This document shows positions 1-9,500 of a stretch of 51,823 nucleotides of DNA, piece after piece. Where the stretch lies: contig CANQTR010000004.1 of the NCBI GenBank assembly GCA_947626805.1, positions 1 through 51,823 on the forward strand, written 5' to 3'. A model generated the notes under the pieces. The model saw only the letters and a list, made by a program, of their open reading frames with translations, had not been told where the DNA came from and did no database searches. This DNA comes from an uncultured Clostridia bacterium. Lineage in GTDB: Bacteria > Bacillota > Clostridia > Oscillospirales > CAG-382. Every line of letters begins with the position of its first letter. The stretch's first letter is position 1. The position numbers and the translations under genes are program-made.

Positions 1-135
1 GGTGTGGTCGTTCGGCGCGGGCGGCACGGTGCGGTCGTTCGGGGTGCGCGGCGCGGTGTGGTCATTCGGCGCGGGCGGCGCGGTGCGGTCGTTCGGGGTG
101 CGCGGCGCGGTGCGGTCGTTCGGCGTGCGCGGCTG
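1..135. repeat. Five imperfect 27-bp tandem repeats
   Basis: Unit ggtgYggtcgttcggSgYgSgcggcgc repeated with 27-bp period. Confidence 0.9.
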
Positions 136-156
136 CCCTTTCGTTTCGCTTTCCAC
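1..156 (-). CDS. 5' part of a hypothetical protein with a 9-aa repeat N-terminus; runs off the window edge
   Basis: GTG at 156 preceded by SD AAGGGGGG and a sigma-A promoter. Frame is open to position 1: MESETKGQPRTPNDRTAPRTPNDRTAPPAPNDHT... Confidence 0.55.
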   Translation of the reverse strand, partial: MESETKGQPRTPNDRTAPRTPNDRTAPPAPNDHTAPRTPNDRTVPPAPNDHT

Positions 157-198
157 TTGCGGTTCCCCCCTTGCTTTCGGTTTGATTCATACAGATTC

Positions 199-227
199 AG
201 TATACACGGTTTCGCGCAACTTGTCAA
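199..227 (-). promoter_or_regulatory. Sigma-A promoter TTGACA-17-TATACT
   Basis: tgtcaa 222-227 and agtata 199-204 on + strand, 17-bp spacer. Confidence 0.8.
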
Positions 228-500
228 GTTTTTCGGTTCGCGGCAAAATCGCGTACCCCGTTGCGACGCGAGCACGAAACGCACAGGAAAATACGGAACC
301 CCGTCGCGATTCAAACGTGAAACGCACAGGCAATGCGTACACGTCGCGCCGCAAGCATAAAACCCCTCGACAATGCCGGTTCGCCGTGCGGCAAAGCAAA
401 TTCCCCCGACAAAAAAGCCCTACAGTCTCCGAAACATATCAAAGACCCGCTTTTATGTTCCGCCGACGCGGTCCGAACAAGCAGATTGCTTCGCTTTGCG

Positions 501-582
501 CACCAAAATGAAAAGTTTTTGAGGATTTTCAAGGAACTTTTTTCAAAAAGTTCCTTGAACGGAAGGGCGGGGCGAATCCGCC
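501..582 (+). repeat. Palindromic dispersed repeat, family Y copy 1
   Basis: TTCAAGGAACTTTTT-TC-AAAAAGTTCCTTGAA hairpin; related copies at ~22261 and ~49363. Confidence 0.8.
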
Positions 583-686
583 GTGAACCTCTTTCGACAA
601 AAAAGAGACCCACGGTCTCCTTTCGGAGCCGAAGGTCCCTTTTGCGCGACGGAAAGCGTTGCGCTCTCCTCGCGATTCCGTTGTTT

Positions 687-1304
687 TCAGAGCCGTTTCT
701 TCAGCGCGTCAAGCAGGATTGCATTCGCATCAGAGTCTCCGAAACCGGCAGTCGTATTGCTGTTGATTAGGGTCACTAAATCATACGCGCCGTCTATGTC
801 CAGCGCGCGGGTCGCCGGCTTGCAATCCTCGTAAAGCCGCATATAGAAGTCAAGCAACTTCTGGTTGGTCGTTTCGCGGCACTTCACCACGTCGGCAATG
901 GCGGCGACTTTCGCCTGGTCCAAATCGTTGCCGGCGTTTTCCCCGTTGTACATCGCGGCGAGACATTCGAGACATTCGAGCGCCTCGTGAATATGCGCGT
1001 TGTCCTGCCGAATGGCTTCCAACTGCTGCAAAACGTACGCGACGGTCGCGTTTCCGGCGTTCGGCGCCGGGGTTTCGAGCGGTTCCTGCACCGGGGTTTC
1101 GAGCGGCTCTTGCGCCGCACCGGGCGCGGTTTTTTTATCTGACATTTTTCGTTCCTCCGTTTTTTGCGGCGGACACGCAAGGCAGATGGTCTGTTCGTCT
1201 ACGAAGCGCGCCCTGCCTTTTTTCACAAGACCTTTCGCCCGTTTCGGGTAGGTCGCTTCATATGCCTTGCCGGTTTCGTCAACGACGGAAATGGTTTTTT
1301 CGAT
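687..1304 (-). CDS. Hypothetical protein with a PLMP/RRXRR-like N-terminal domain; proposed ATC start at 1304 (alternative ATG at 1145)
   Basis: Open frame IEKTISVVDETGKAYEATYPKRAKGLVKKGRARFVDEQTICLACPP precedes MSDKK. SD AAGGGGG lies before the ATC. The C-terminal half is helical-looking (VKCRETTNQKLLDFYMRLYED). Confidence 0.65.
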   Translation of the reverse strand: MEKTISVVDETGKAYEATYPKRAKGLVKKGRARFVDEQTICLACPPQKTEERKMSDKKTAPGAAQEPLETPVQEPLETPAPNAGNATVAYVLQQLEAIRQDNAHIHEALECLECLAAMYNGENAGNDLDQAKVAAIADVVKCRETTNQKLLDFYMRLYEDCKPATRALDIDGAYDLVTLINSNTTAGFGDSDANAILLDALKKRL

Positions 1305-1365
1305 GGGTTCCGACCCCCTTATGCCATTGTTGAAATCCGGTGTAAAAAGTTACGTTTTTTGTGAT
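1279..1365 (-). CDS. Putative 28-aa leader peptide/uORF starting at ATC
   Basis: Strong SD GGAGGAG then ACACTC-ATC; ITKNVTFYTGFQQWHKGVGTHRKNHFRR-stop overlaps the downstream start. Confidence 0.35.
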   Translation of the reverse strand: MTKNVTFYTGFQQWHKGVGTHRKNHFRR

Positions 1366-1389
1366 GAGTGTCTCCTCCGACTTTTCTTC

Positions 1390-1418
1390 AGTATAGCACG
1401 CTTTTCCCGGTTTGTCAT
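1390..1418 (-). promoter_or_regulatory. Sigma-A promoter ATGACA-17-TATACT with extended -10
   Basis: tgtcat 1413-1418, agtata 1390-1395, TG one base upstream of the -10. Confidence 0.65.
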
Positions 1419-3024
1419 CCCTCTTCAACCGAGGGTTGCGGAGCGACCGTTTCCTTGCACGCGGTCCGCAAAATTTCGGTTCTCGTCAAATGGTACTGCC
1501 TTGCGACGTCAATCGCGTAGCTTTGCCCGTAGTCCCCTCGCGCAATCCGGAAAACCCGCTTATGGGACGCTTCGTCCATCAGCGCGCAAATATTGCAGAG
1601 TTTCGATTTTGCGGGACTCGACGTGCGCTCCAGGCGGCAAAGCTCGTGGAAATGCGTCGTCCAGATGCCCCGCGCGCCGATTTCGGCATACGCCGCAAGG
1701 ATTTCGGCGGAAATGGTCGTGGCTTCCGTCGCGTTCGTGCTGGATAGCGCTTCGTCGAACAGGAACAGGCTTCTTTGCGTGATGATTTGGTTGATTTTGT
1801 CGATTTTTTTGCACTCTTCGGACAGTCTGCCGTCCTGATACGAGGTTTTTTGGCGTCGATGAAATGCACCAGAATCGCGTCCGCCATCCGGCAAACCGCC
1901 TTTTCGGCGGGCAGCAAAAGCCCCAAATGCAGCATCGCATAGAGGACGCCGACGGATTTGGTGTAGATGGATTTGCCCCCCTGGTTCGGTCCGGTCAGGA
2001 TATAGATTCCCGCCGTTTCGTCGAAGGACAGGTCGTTTTGCACGATTGCGGACGTGCTCGCCGCCGACAGCGCAAGAATCGGGTGATACAGCCCGGTCAC
2101 GCTGTCGCTCTCCCCGAAGGCGGCTTTGCACAGGGGAAATCCGCTCTTTTTCAGCTCCGCGAGCGGCGTCACGCACGAAACGATGAACCGCCATTCCTCG
2201 AGCAGCGGCAGCAGCGGTTTCAACCGTTCCACAGAGAATCGCTTGACCGCCGACGAACAATGCTTCAGGGAAGCGGAAAAAATCTTGTTGATTGCGGAAT
2301 TGACGGACATGCGGACCGCACCCAACTCCTCGTTGCTCAGCCTACGGTCAATCGGGACCAACGGCGCAAGGCAGTTGTACGTTCGGTTGTCGTCGAACTG
2401 CATCCGAAAAATCCGATTCAGCAGGTCCCCCGATACGTAACATTCGTCGTTCACGGAGACCAGCCCGGCTTCAATCGGGCGCAACTGTGCGTCCAGATTG
2501 ACCCCGACGGTGACGCTTTTGATATGCGTGATGGTGGAAATCCGTTCCCGAACAATCTCGCACAGCTGCTCGTACTCCCGCACGTCGTACAACGTCGATA
2601 CCGTTGCTTCCAGCCGTTTCAGGGAGGCGCTTTCCACCGGATGGTCGGAAAAAATCGCCCGCATTTTCCGCACATACGAAACGTAGGATTCCAACCGTTT
2701 GATGTCGTACAGCAGTTTTTCGTTCGACGGGGCGCCGTCCTTCGCCGTTTGAATCTCGAAGAATTCGCGCAGGATGGAAAAACTCTCGTTCAGCTCGGCG
2801 TAGAGCGTCGGTTTTTGCAAGAGTTCCGCGAACAGCTCCTGCCGCATGGACAGCGTGTCCGCCCGGACGGAGAAGTACCCCCGCAATTCGCGCTTCGGCT
2901 CTCCGACCCGCCTGTCGCGATTCACGTTGAGGAACGAGGACAGGTCCAATTCGTCTATGAAATCGAAATCCTTGAACGACGCTTCCGGCTGACCGTCGAA
3001 CCAAATCAAACTTTCGTTCATCAT
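1415..3024 (-). pseudogene. MutS-related protein (C-terminal MutS ATPase domain), frameshifted at the A6 run 1846-1851
   Basis: Walker A LTGPNQGGKS is in ORF 1579..3024. GRLSEEC, LFLFDEALSST and TTHFHEL continue in the frame of 1415..2260. One extra A restores AKKTSYQDGR. Confidence 0.8.
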
Positions 3025-3042
3025 TGCACCTCCCGTAAAATG

Positions 3043-3348
3043 TTAATCCAGCAGCGCGAGCAGACCGATTGCCGAACAGAATGCCAGGAGCGGATTGAGC
3101 ACCAGGTACACGGTGGAATAGCGGTAGGTTTTCCACAGCTTACAATAGATGTAGTAAAAATACGCTTCAAAAAGGAGGGCGGGGAACGTGACCATGACGA
3201 AATGGGTGAACGAGAGCGCGAACAGCGCGAAATACAGCAGGAAAAACACCGCGCCCATCCGCAAGAGCTTGTGCAGGGGCGAAAAAATCAAATGCACCGT
3301 GTCGCTTGCGTCCAAAATGCGGGAAAGCATCATCGCGAGCCTTGTCAT
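3043..3348 (-). CDS. Small membrane protein
   Basis: ATG 3348 with GAGGGG SD; about three hydrophobic segments; directly upstream of the MutS-like gene. Confidence 0.6.
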   Translation of the reverse strand: MTRLAMMLSRILDASDTVHLIFSPLHKLLRMGAVFFLLYFALFALSFTHFVMVTFPALLFEAYFYYIYCKLWKTYRYSTVYLVLNPLLAFCSAIGLLALLD

Positions 3349-3507
3349 GCCGACCGTCCCCTCGTTTTTGCGGTTGCCGTCCGCGCCGCGCCGCCGGAGG
3401 CGGAAAGGCATGTCCTTTCCGGTTTGTCAACCCCTTTCGGCAGGCAGTTTGCGGTGAACGTTTCTTTACAAATATTTATAAACACGCGTTGCATATGCGC
3501 TTTTCGT

Positions 3508-4407
3508 TCACATTCTTGACGAAAGCGTATTATACACCTTCGAATGCGGCGGGACGGAACGCGTCAGCCACACGTTGCCGCCGATGATGCTGTCGTGACC
3601 GATGACCGTGTCCCCGCCGAGGATGGTCGCGCCGGCGTAAATCACAACCCGGTCCTCGATGTCCGGGTGGCGCTTGATGCCCTTGACCGGGTGCCCGTCG
3701 TCGTCGAGTTCGAAACTACGCGCGCCGAGCGTGACCCCTTGATAGAGCTTGACGTCCTGCCCGATGACGCATGTCTCGCCAATGACGACGCCGGTGCCGT
3801 GGTCGATGAAGAACCGTTCGCCGATTTTCGCGCCCGGGTGGATATCGATGCCGGTTTTCTGGTGGGCGTACTCGCTCATGATGCGCGGCAGGAGCGGCAC
3901 GCCGGCGCAAAGCAGCGCGTGCGCGAGCCGATGAATGCTGACCGCCTCGAACGACGGGTAGGCGAGCAGGATTTCCAGCGGGCTTTTCGCCGCCGGGTCG
4001 CCGAGATATGCCGCGTCGATGTCGGTTTGCAGCACCCGCATGACCTCCGGCAGCGCGCCGACGAACTGCTCGACCGCGCGGACCGCCTGTGTCTCCGGGC
4101 AGACCGTCCCGTCCGCACAACGGAAGGCGGTTTTGGTCAGTTCGCAAAGCAGTTCGGCGCCCTGTTCGAGTTTTTCCGCGACGAAAGCGGGCAAGCCGTC
4201 CGCCGGAATCGGCTCGGTCGAAAACAGGTTCGGGTACATCGCCATGCGGAACAGTTCGGTCGCCCGCTGTGTCCGCAACTTGACCCCGAAGCCGCCCGCT
4301 GCCGCGTCGGTCCCGGCACAGCGGAGGGACAGCAGTCGTTCGGGCAGTCCGTCCGGGACCCGCGCGCCGGTTTTGGGCGGGCGCTCCCCCTTGGTTTGTT
4401 CCGTCAT
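3508..4407 (-). CDS. cysE: Serine O-acetyltransferase
   Basis: [32 protein letters not shown] hexapeptide motifs; SD GGAGG. Confidence 0.93.
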   Translation of the reverse strand: MTEQTKGERPPKTGARVPDGLPERLLSLRCAGTDAAAGGFGVKLRTQRATELFRMAMYPNLFSTEPIPADGLPAFVAEKLEQGAELLCELTKTAFRCADGTVCPETQAVRAVEQFVGALPEVMRVLQTDIDAAYLGDPAAKSPLEILLAYPSFEAVSIHRLAHALLCAGVPLLPRIMSEYAHQKTGIDIHPGAKIGERFFIDHGTGVVIGETCVIGQDVKLYQGVTLGARSFELDDDGHPVKGIKRHPDIEDRVVIYAGATILGGDTVIGHDSIIGGNVWLTRSVPPHSKVYNTLSSRM

Positions 4408-4436
4408 GAAATCCACCTCCGTGGTCGATTTATTAC

Positions 4437-4465
4437 AGTATACACGATTCGCGCCGGTTTTGCAA
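4437..4465 (-). promoter_or_regulatory. Sigma-A promoter of cysE (TTGCAA-17-TATACT)
   Basis: ttgcaa 4460-4465, agtata 4437-4442. Confidence 0.6.
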
Positions 4466-4651
4466 GGGGTTTTCCGGTTTTCGGACGGTTTTTTCGGAAG
4501 TCCGCCCAGCACGCATAAAACAGGCGTTCTCGCACATTATTTTGTCGATTCTCGTCGAACAAATGTGCTGCAATGCCGGACAAAAAACGCTCGTTTTCGA
4601 CCCGTAAAAAGGGTGCCGAACACGCGTTCTTGTACCACACTTTGAGAAAAG

Positions 4652-4835
4652 TTATCCACATCGCAATGTGGACAAAATGTGGATAACTTGGCACTTTTCC
4701 ACATGTTATCCACACGTTGTCCACACGGTTATCCACACTGAAAATCCAGCTGTACCAACGGTTTTTCCCACTTTTCCACAAAATCCGCCCGCCTACTACT
4801 ACGACTACTACTTCCATATACCAAAAGAATTTCTT
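4652..4835 (+). other. oriC: Replication origin (oriC): DnaA-box cluster plus basal unwinding system with DnaA-trios
   Basis: TTATCCACA at 4652, 4706, 4729 and reversed at 4678; TTGTCCACA at 4717 and reversed at 4667; TTTTCCACA at 4695 and 4772. Then GC-rich CCGCCCGCC and TAC-TAC-TAC-GAC-TAC-TAC at 4794-4811. Confidence 0.85.
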
Positions 4836-5108
4836 TGTGGTGGGGCGCCCGCGCGGGCAGACGCGCGCGAGGGGTTCGACGGGGGTCGAAATTGCCATGA
4901 ATTTTTCGAGCCTTTTTTGAGCCGAAAAATTCGTTTCGTCCTGTTGCGGTAGGCAAGCGTAAAGAGCAGCGTGCAGATTTTTACAATTTGCACAAATTTT
5001 GAAATTTCAAAAAGCGAAAATTCTATGTTTTGCCAATTGACAAAGAACGTTCGTTCGTGCTATACTGCATTCATGACGAACATGCGTTCTCACTTGCCAA
5101 ACGGATTT

Positions 5109-6482
5109 TCAAGCGAGGACGGACAGCGTCGGGAACGCGCCGAACGACGAACGCACCGAAACGCCGGACGCGGCAAGCGTGTGCAGCCGTTCGGGCAGCC
5201 CCTCCGGGACGCGTTCGCCCGGCAAAAGCACCGGAATGCCCGGCGGATACGCCCAAACGTATTCGAGCGAGATTTCCCCCGCGGACGCGGCGAGCGGAAC
5301 GGTTCGGGACGGCGCGCCATACAGTTCAAACGGCTGGAAAACGGCTTGGGGCAAGGATTTTTGCGTGTTCTGCCCGAACAGCGGCGGGTGTTCCGGCGCC
5401 CCCTCCCCCGTCGCTTCGCCGTCCAGCGTCAGAACCGCGTCGGCGAACCGCCCGAGCGTTTCGCGGTCGTCACAGACCGAGGTCATCGCGAGCAGGCGGT
5501 CCGGGTAGGCGTACTCCACGTCGATGGCGAACCGCTCCCGCAACGCTTTCGCGGTCTCCGCGCCGGACGTCCCGCCGGTCAGGAGCAACAGCTTCCCCGG
5601 CTCGGCGTTTTCGGCGTCATACAGGCGGAAATGCCGCAAGTCATCGAACATCCGTTCTCTTGTCTCGTCCAACGCGTCCGCATAGGCGCGCCAAACCGCC
5701 GCCGCGTCCCCGCGCTCCAGAAAGGCGAGGCACTCGTCGACCGACGCGAGCAGGACGTAGGACGGGCTGGACGTTTCAAAGACGCTGCACGCGAAACGGA
5801 GCCGCTCCGTCCAGTCCGCCGGCGCGTGCAACAGCGCCGTCTGGGTCAGGGCGGGCAGGGTCTTGTGCAGGCTGTGTACGACGAAATCCGCGCCGCACCG
5901 AACGGCTGTTCTTCCCTCCCAACCGGGCAGGAATGCGAGGTGCGAGCCGTGCGCCTCGTCCACCAGCAGGCGCGCGCCGTGTCGGTGGCAAATCGCGGCG
6001 ATGGCGGAAACGTCGCTGACCACGCCCTCATAGGTCGGCGAAGTGATGACCGCAAGTTCGATATTCTGTCCGTTTTGGAACGCTTTCTCGACCGTTTCGG
6101 GCAGAATCGTGCCGTCCGGTTCGGGGACGAGAAAGGCGAGCGGCAGGCGGCAGAGCTCCGCCGCATTGTAGACCGAGCGGTGGCAGTTGCGGGCGATGAG
6201 CAATGTTCCGCGCCCGGTTGCCCGCACGGCGGAAAGCAGCGCGCCGGTCCCGCCGTTCACCAGAACGAACGTCTGTTCACATCTCCAGAGGGCGGACGCG
6301 CGCCGTTCGAGCGTTCGCAAAACGCCGGTCGGGGCGTGAAAGTCGTCGAGGGCGGGCAGTTCGGTCGCGTCGAGGCGGTAGGGCAGTACGGACGGGAAGC
6401 GGCGCTTGCCGCCGGGCATATGCATAGGCAGGGCGGTCTCGGCGAGCCGTTCGAGCAGGGGGAGCAGGCGGTCGTTTCGCAT
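5109..6482 (-). CDS. PLP-dependent Orn/Lys/Arg decarboxylase family protein (YaaO/SpeA-like)
   Basis: HMPGGK, ARNCHRS, TSPTYEG, VDEAHG, SLHKTLPALTQ, YPPGIP motifs; SD AAAGGAG. Confidence 0.9.
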   Translation of the reverse strand: MRNDRLLPLLERLAETALPMHMPGGKRRFPSVLPYRLDATELPALDDFHAPTGVLRTLERRASALWRCEQTFVLVNGGTGALLSAVRATGRGTLLIARNCHRSVYNAAELCRLPLAFLVPEPDGTILPETVEKAFQNGQNIELAVITSPTYEGVVSDVSAIAAICHRHGARLLVDEAHGSHLAFLPGWEGRTAVRCGADFVVHSLHKTLPALTQTALLHAPADWTERLRFACSVFETSSPSYVLLASVDECLAFLERGDAAAVWRAYADALDETRERMFDDLRHFRLYDAENAEPGKLLLLTGGTSGAETAKALRERFAIDVEYAYPDRLLAMTSVCDDRETLGRFADAVLTLDGEATGEGAPEHPPLFGQNTQKSLPQAVFQPFELYGAPSRTVPLAASAGEISLEYVWAYPPGIPVLLPGERVPEGLPERLHTLAASGVSVRSSFGAFPTLSVLA

Positions 6483-6839
6483 GGCGTGGCTCCTTTCGGT
6501 TCGGGTACGCGTGCAGTATAGCACATTTTGCGGGAAAAAGAAAGGGGGTTTCGCAATTTGCGCGGTCGTTTCGCGAAAAAATCGTGCCGTCGGGTCGCCG
6601 ATGCGTGTGAGCGGCATGCGGTGCGCGGGAATTTTGCGTTTTGCCGTGTGAAAGGTTGCGTCCGTCGCAAGAGGAACGTATTTGCGATAATTCCCACAAG
6701 CCGGCAAATCGGGGCAATTATTCCGCGCATCCGCTCGTCACGAGCACCGTTACACACCCCGCAAGAATCTTTATGCTCCGCGAAAACCCCTATATCACGC
6801 CCCGCGAAACCTTTAAGTTTCCCTCGCGAACCACGTTGT

Positions 6840-7107
6840 TCACACACCAGGGAGGAACGGGCGGCGGGCATACGACGCGGCGCCGCCGTAGCACAGACGC
6901 AATACCTCGCGCACACGCGCGTCCGTCCGAAATGCCTCCGAGCGCCGCAACGCCGCCGGACGCGACACGACCGGGACCGTCCGCTTCTTCGCGGTCCGAC
7001 GCAAGAATGCGCGCCCCTCGGCGTTCGCCGCGAGCAAAAGCCCGAACGGCACGTCCCTTCCCGGCGCGTCCGGCGCAAACCCGAACAGCACCGCCCACGC
7101 CGCGCGC
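6840..7107 (-). pseudogene. Detached copy 1 of the tmcAL 3' end (268 bp)
   Basis: Colinear with 9501..9768, no indels, same stop codon, no 5' part. Confidence 0.92.
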
Positions 7108-7416
7108 AAGACAAGGCGGCGCAAGGGTGCGCCGCGTGGAAGGGATTCGCGGAAGTTGACTGGCTATTAAAATTGTGCAATGCAGAACAATCACAAGAAA
7201 TCACATAATCCGGAAAGGGCGGATATATAGGCTATATAAACTATATACGTTACGCAAAGATAATTTTCACAAACCCGAAAAACCGGGGCAGGCTTTCTGC
7301 ATACGTGCTTATCGCAAACCACTTCCCTTTTATGCTCCACGAAAACCCCTTTACTACGCCCCGCAAAAATTTATAGTCCCGCGAAACCTTCACGTTTCCC
7401 CCGCGAACCCCGTTGT

Positions 7417-7684
7417 TCACACCCCGGGGAGGAACGGGCGGCGGGCATACGACGCGGCGCCGCCGTAGCACAGCCGCAACACGTCGCGCACACGCGCGTC
7501 CGTCCGAAATGCCTCCGCGCGCCGTAGCGCCGCCGGACGCGAAACGACCGGGACCGTCCGCTTCTTCGCGGTCCGGCGCATGAATGCGCGCCCCTCGGCG
7601 TTCGCCGCGAGCAAAAGCCCGAACGGCACGTCCCTTCCCGGCGCGTCCGGCACGAATCCGAACAGCACCGCCCACGCCGCGCGC
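7417..7684 (-). pseudogene. Detached copy 2 of the tmcAL 3' end (268 bp)
   Basis: Colinear with 9501..9768; same breakpoint as copy 1. Confidence 0.92.
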
Positions 7685-9500
7685 AAGACAAGTCGGCGCG
7701 GAGCGCGCCGCGTGGAAGGGATTCGCGTGAGTTGATTTGAATGGCTAAATCATACAATGCCGAACAATCATAAAAATTGCGCAATCCGAAAAGGACGGGT
7801 ATATAATCTACACACGATAATTTCCACAGCGTCGGCGAACCGGGGCAATCGTCCCCACCTCCACTCATCGTAGGCACCTTTACAGCCCAGCAAAAGCTTT
7901 ACGGTCCGTTGCACGTCTGTGCCGGATTGAACGGCGCAATGTAAGACGATGCGAGGAAGGGCGATGCGGGGTAAAGCAACGCGGGATATGACGGCGCGGG
8001 GTAGGGCAGCGCGGAGCGCGCCGCGTAAAAGGATTCGCGGAAGTTGCGCGAAAGTTGATTAAAAAGAACACGAAATAATTCCGGTGCCGGTAATTTTTCT
8101 TTGTGGAAATATTGCGGGGACGGACGGTGTGACCCGGAGTGACGGGGACGCAAAAGCGGAACACCGTTCCCCCAGTCCGGGGCGGCGCGAAGGCGCGCCG
8201 CGCGGAAGGGATTCGCAGGAGTTGACAAATTTGGCAAATACAAAAAATGGCGCAAGCAAAAATTATTCCACACACCCAATTCCCACAAGACCCTTTGCAA
8301 TCCCCGCGGTCCTATTTGCAGTCTGGCAGCCCAGGCGGCGCAAAACAGGGCGGCGCGAGGGCGCGCCGCGCGGAAGGGATTCGCGGAAGTTGATTGAAGA
8401 AGAACAGCGAACGATAAAATTAGTTTTCTTTAAGGAAACATTGAAAAAATCATTTCAGACAGGCATAGACTACGAGCATACATATTTCCCCGCCCTTTCC
8501 ACTCCCGGCAGGGGCGGAAGTGTGGTCCGGAGCGGCGCTAGGCGGGGCGGCGCGAGGGTGCGCCGCGCGGAAGGGATTCGCGAGAGTTGATTGAATAAGA
8601 AATTTTTGCAGTTCAAAGTACTTATAAAATCGCTCAATTTAGAAGGGACAGCTATATACCCCACACAGAGAAAAATCCCACAGAGCCGACCAATAGAAGC
8701 GATTGTTCCACGCATTCTCTCGACGCAAACCGTTTTACACGCGCTGTAAACCTTTTCGCCCCATGCGAAAACCCCTTTGCACGCACCACAAAACCTTTAC
8801 GGTACGCCGCAAATTACCTTACAGTCCGGGCGGGATTGAGCCGTGCAAGACAGGGCGGCGCGTGGACGCGCCGCGCAAAAGGATTCGCGGGAGTTGATTT
8901 ATAAAAGAAAAAATGGTTCCACAGATAGCGATATCAAAGATATGGGAAAAGCAATGTGATTGCGGGAATTACTTTGTATACTCGTATACTCACTCACCGC
9001 AAAGCTCCTTAAAGTTTGAGTAAGAATAGATAGCTATACGCTACACAGGGATAATTTCCACAAAGCTGACAAAACGGGGCAATCGTTCCGCACATCGGTT
9101 CGTCACAAGCACCCCTACACGCCCCGCAAGAATCTTTATGCTCCGCGAAAACCCCTTTATCACGCCCCGCAAATCTTTACTGCATCAGAAAAACTTTACT
9201 ACTCGAACAAGAATGGCTTTCTCAAGGTGGGGCGGCGCGGAGCGCGCCGCGCAAAGGAATTCGCGTGAGTTGACTGGCTATTAAAATTGTGCAATGCAGA
9301 ACAATCACAAAAAATCACACAATCCGGAAAGGGCGGATTATAAATCTACATGCGTTACGCAAATATAATTTCCCCAAATCCGGAAAACCAGGGCAGGCTT
9401 TCTGCATACATGCTTATCGCAAACCACTTCCCTTTTATACTCCGCGAAAACCCCTTTATCACGCCCCGCGAAACCTTTAAGTTTCCCTCGCTAACCACGT

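Larger units (their letters stand above)
6686..9500 (+). repeat. Non-coding array of eight ~45-bp double-hairpin repeats with long, partly homologous spacers
   Basis: Consensus GGCGGCGCG-AGGG-CGCGCCGCGCGGAAGGGATTCGCGGAAGTTGA at ~7115, 7692, 8005, 8181, 8349, 8546, 8854, 9231. Confidence 0.9.

Noticed and set aside
4404-4993. Short ORFs across the origin (poly-V, poly-Y, poly-T tracts)
   Set aside because: They are translations of the DnaA boxes and trios, not genes.
7880-8897. Small ORFs in the array spacers as toxin/peptide cassettes
   Set aside because: No consistent SD, frame or shared peptide between units.
7115-9273. CRISPR array
   Set aside because: Spacers are 120-530 bp, unequal and partly homologous to each other; repeats are degenerate; no cas genes in the window.
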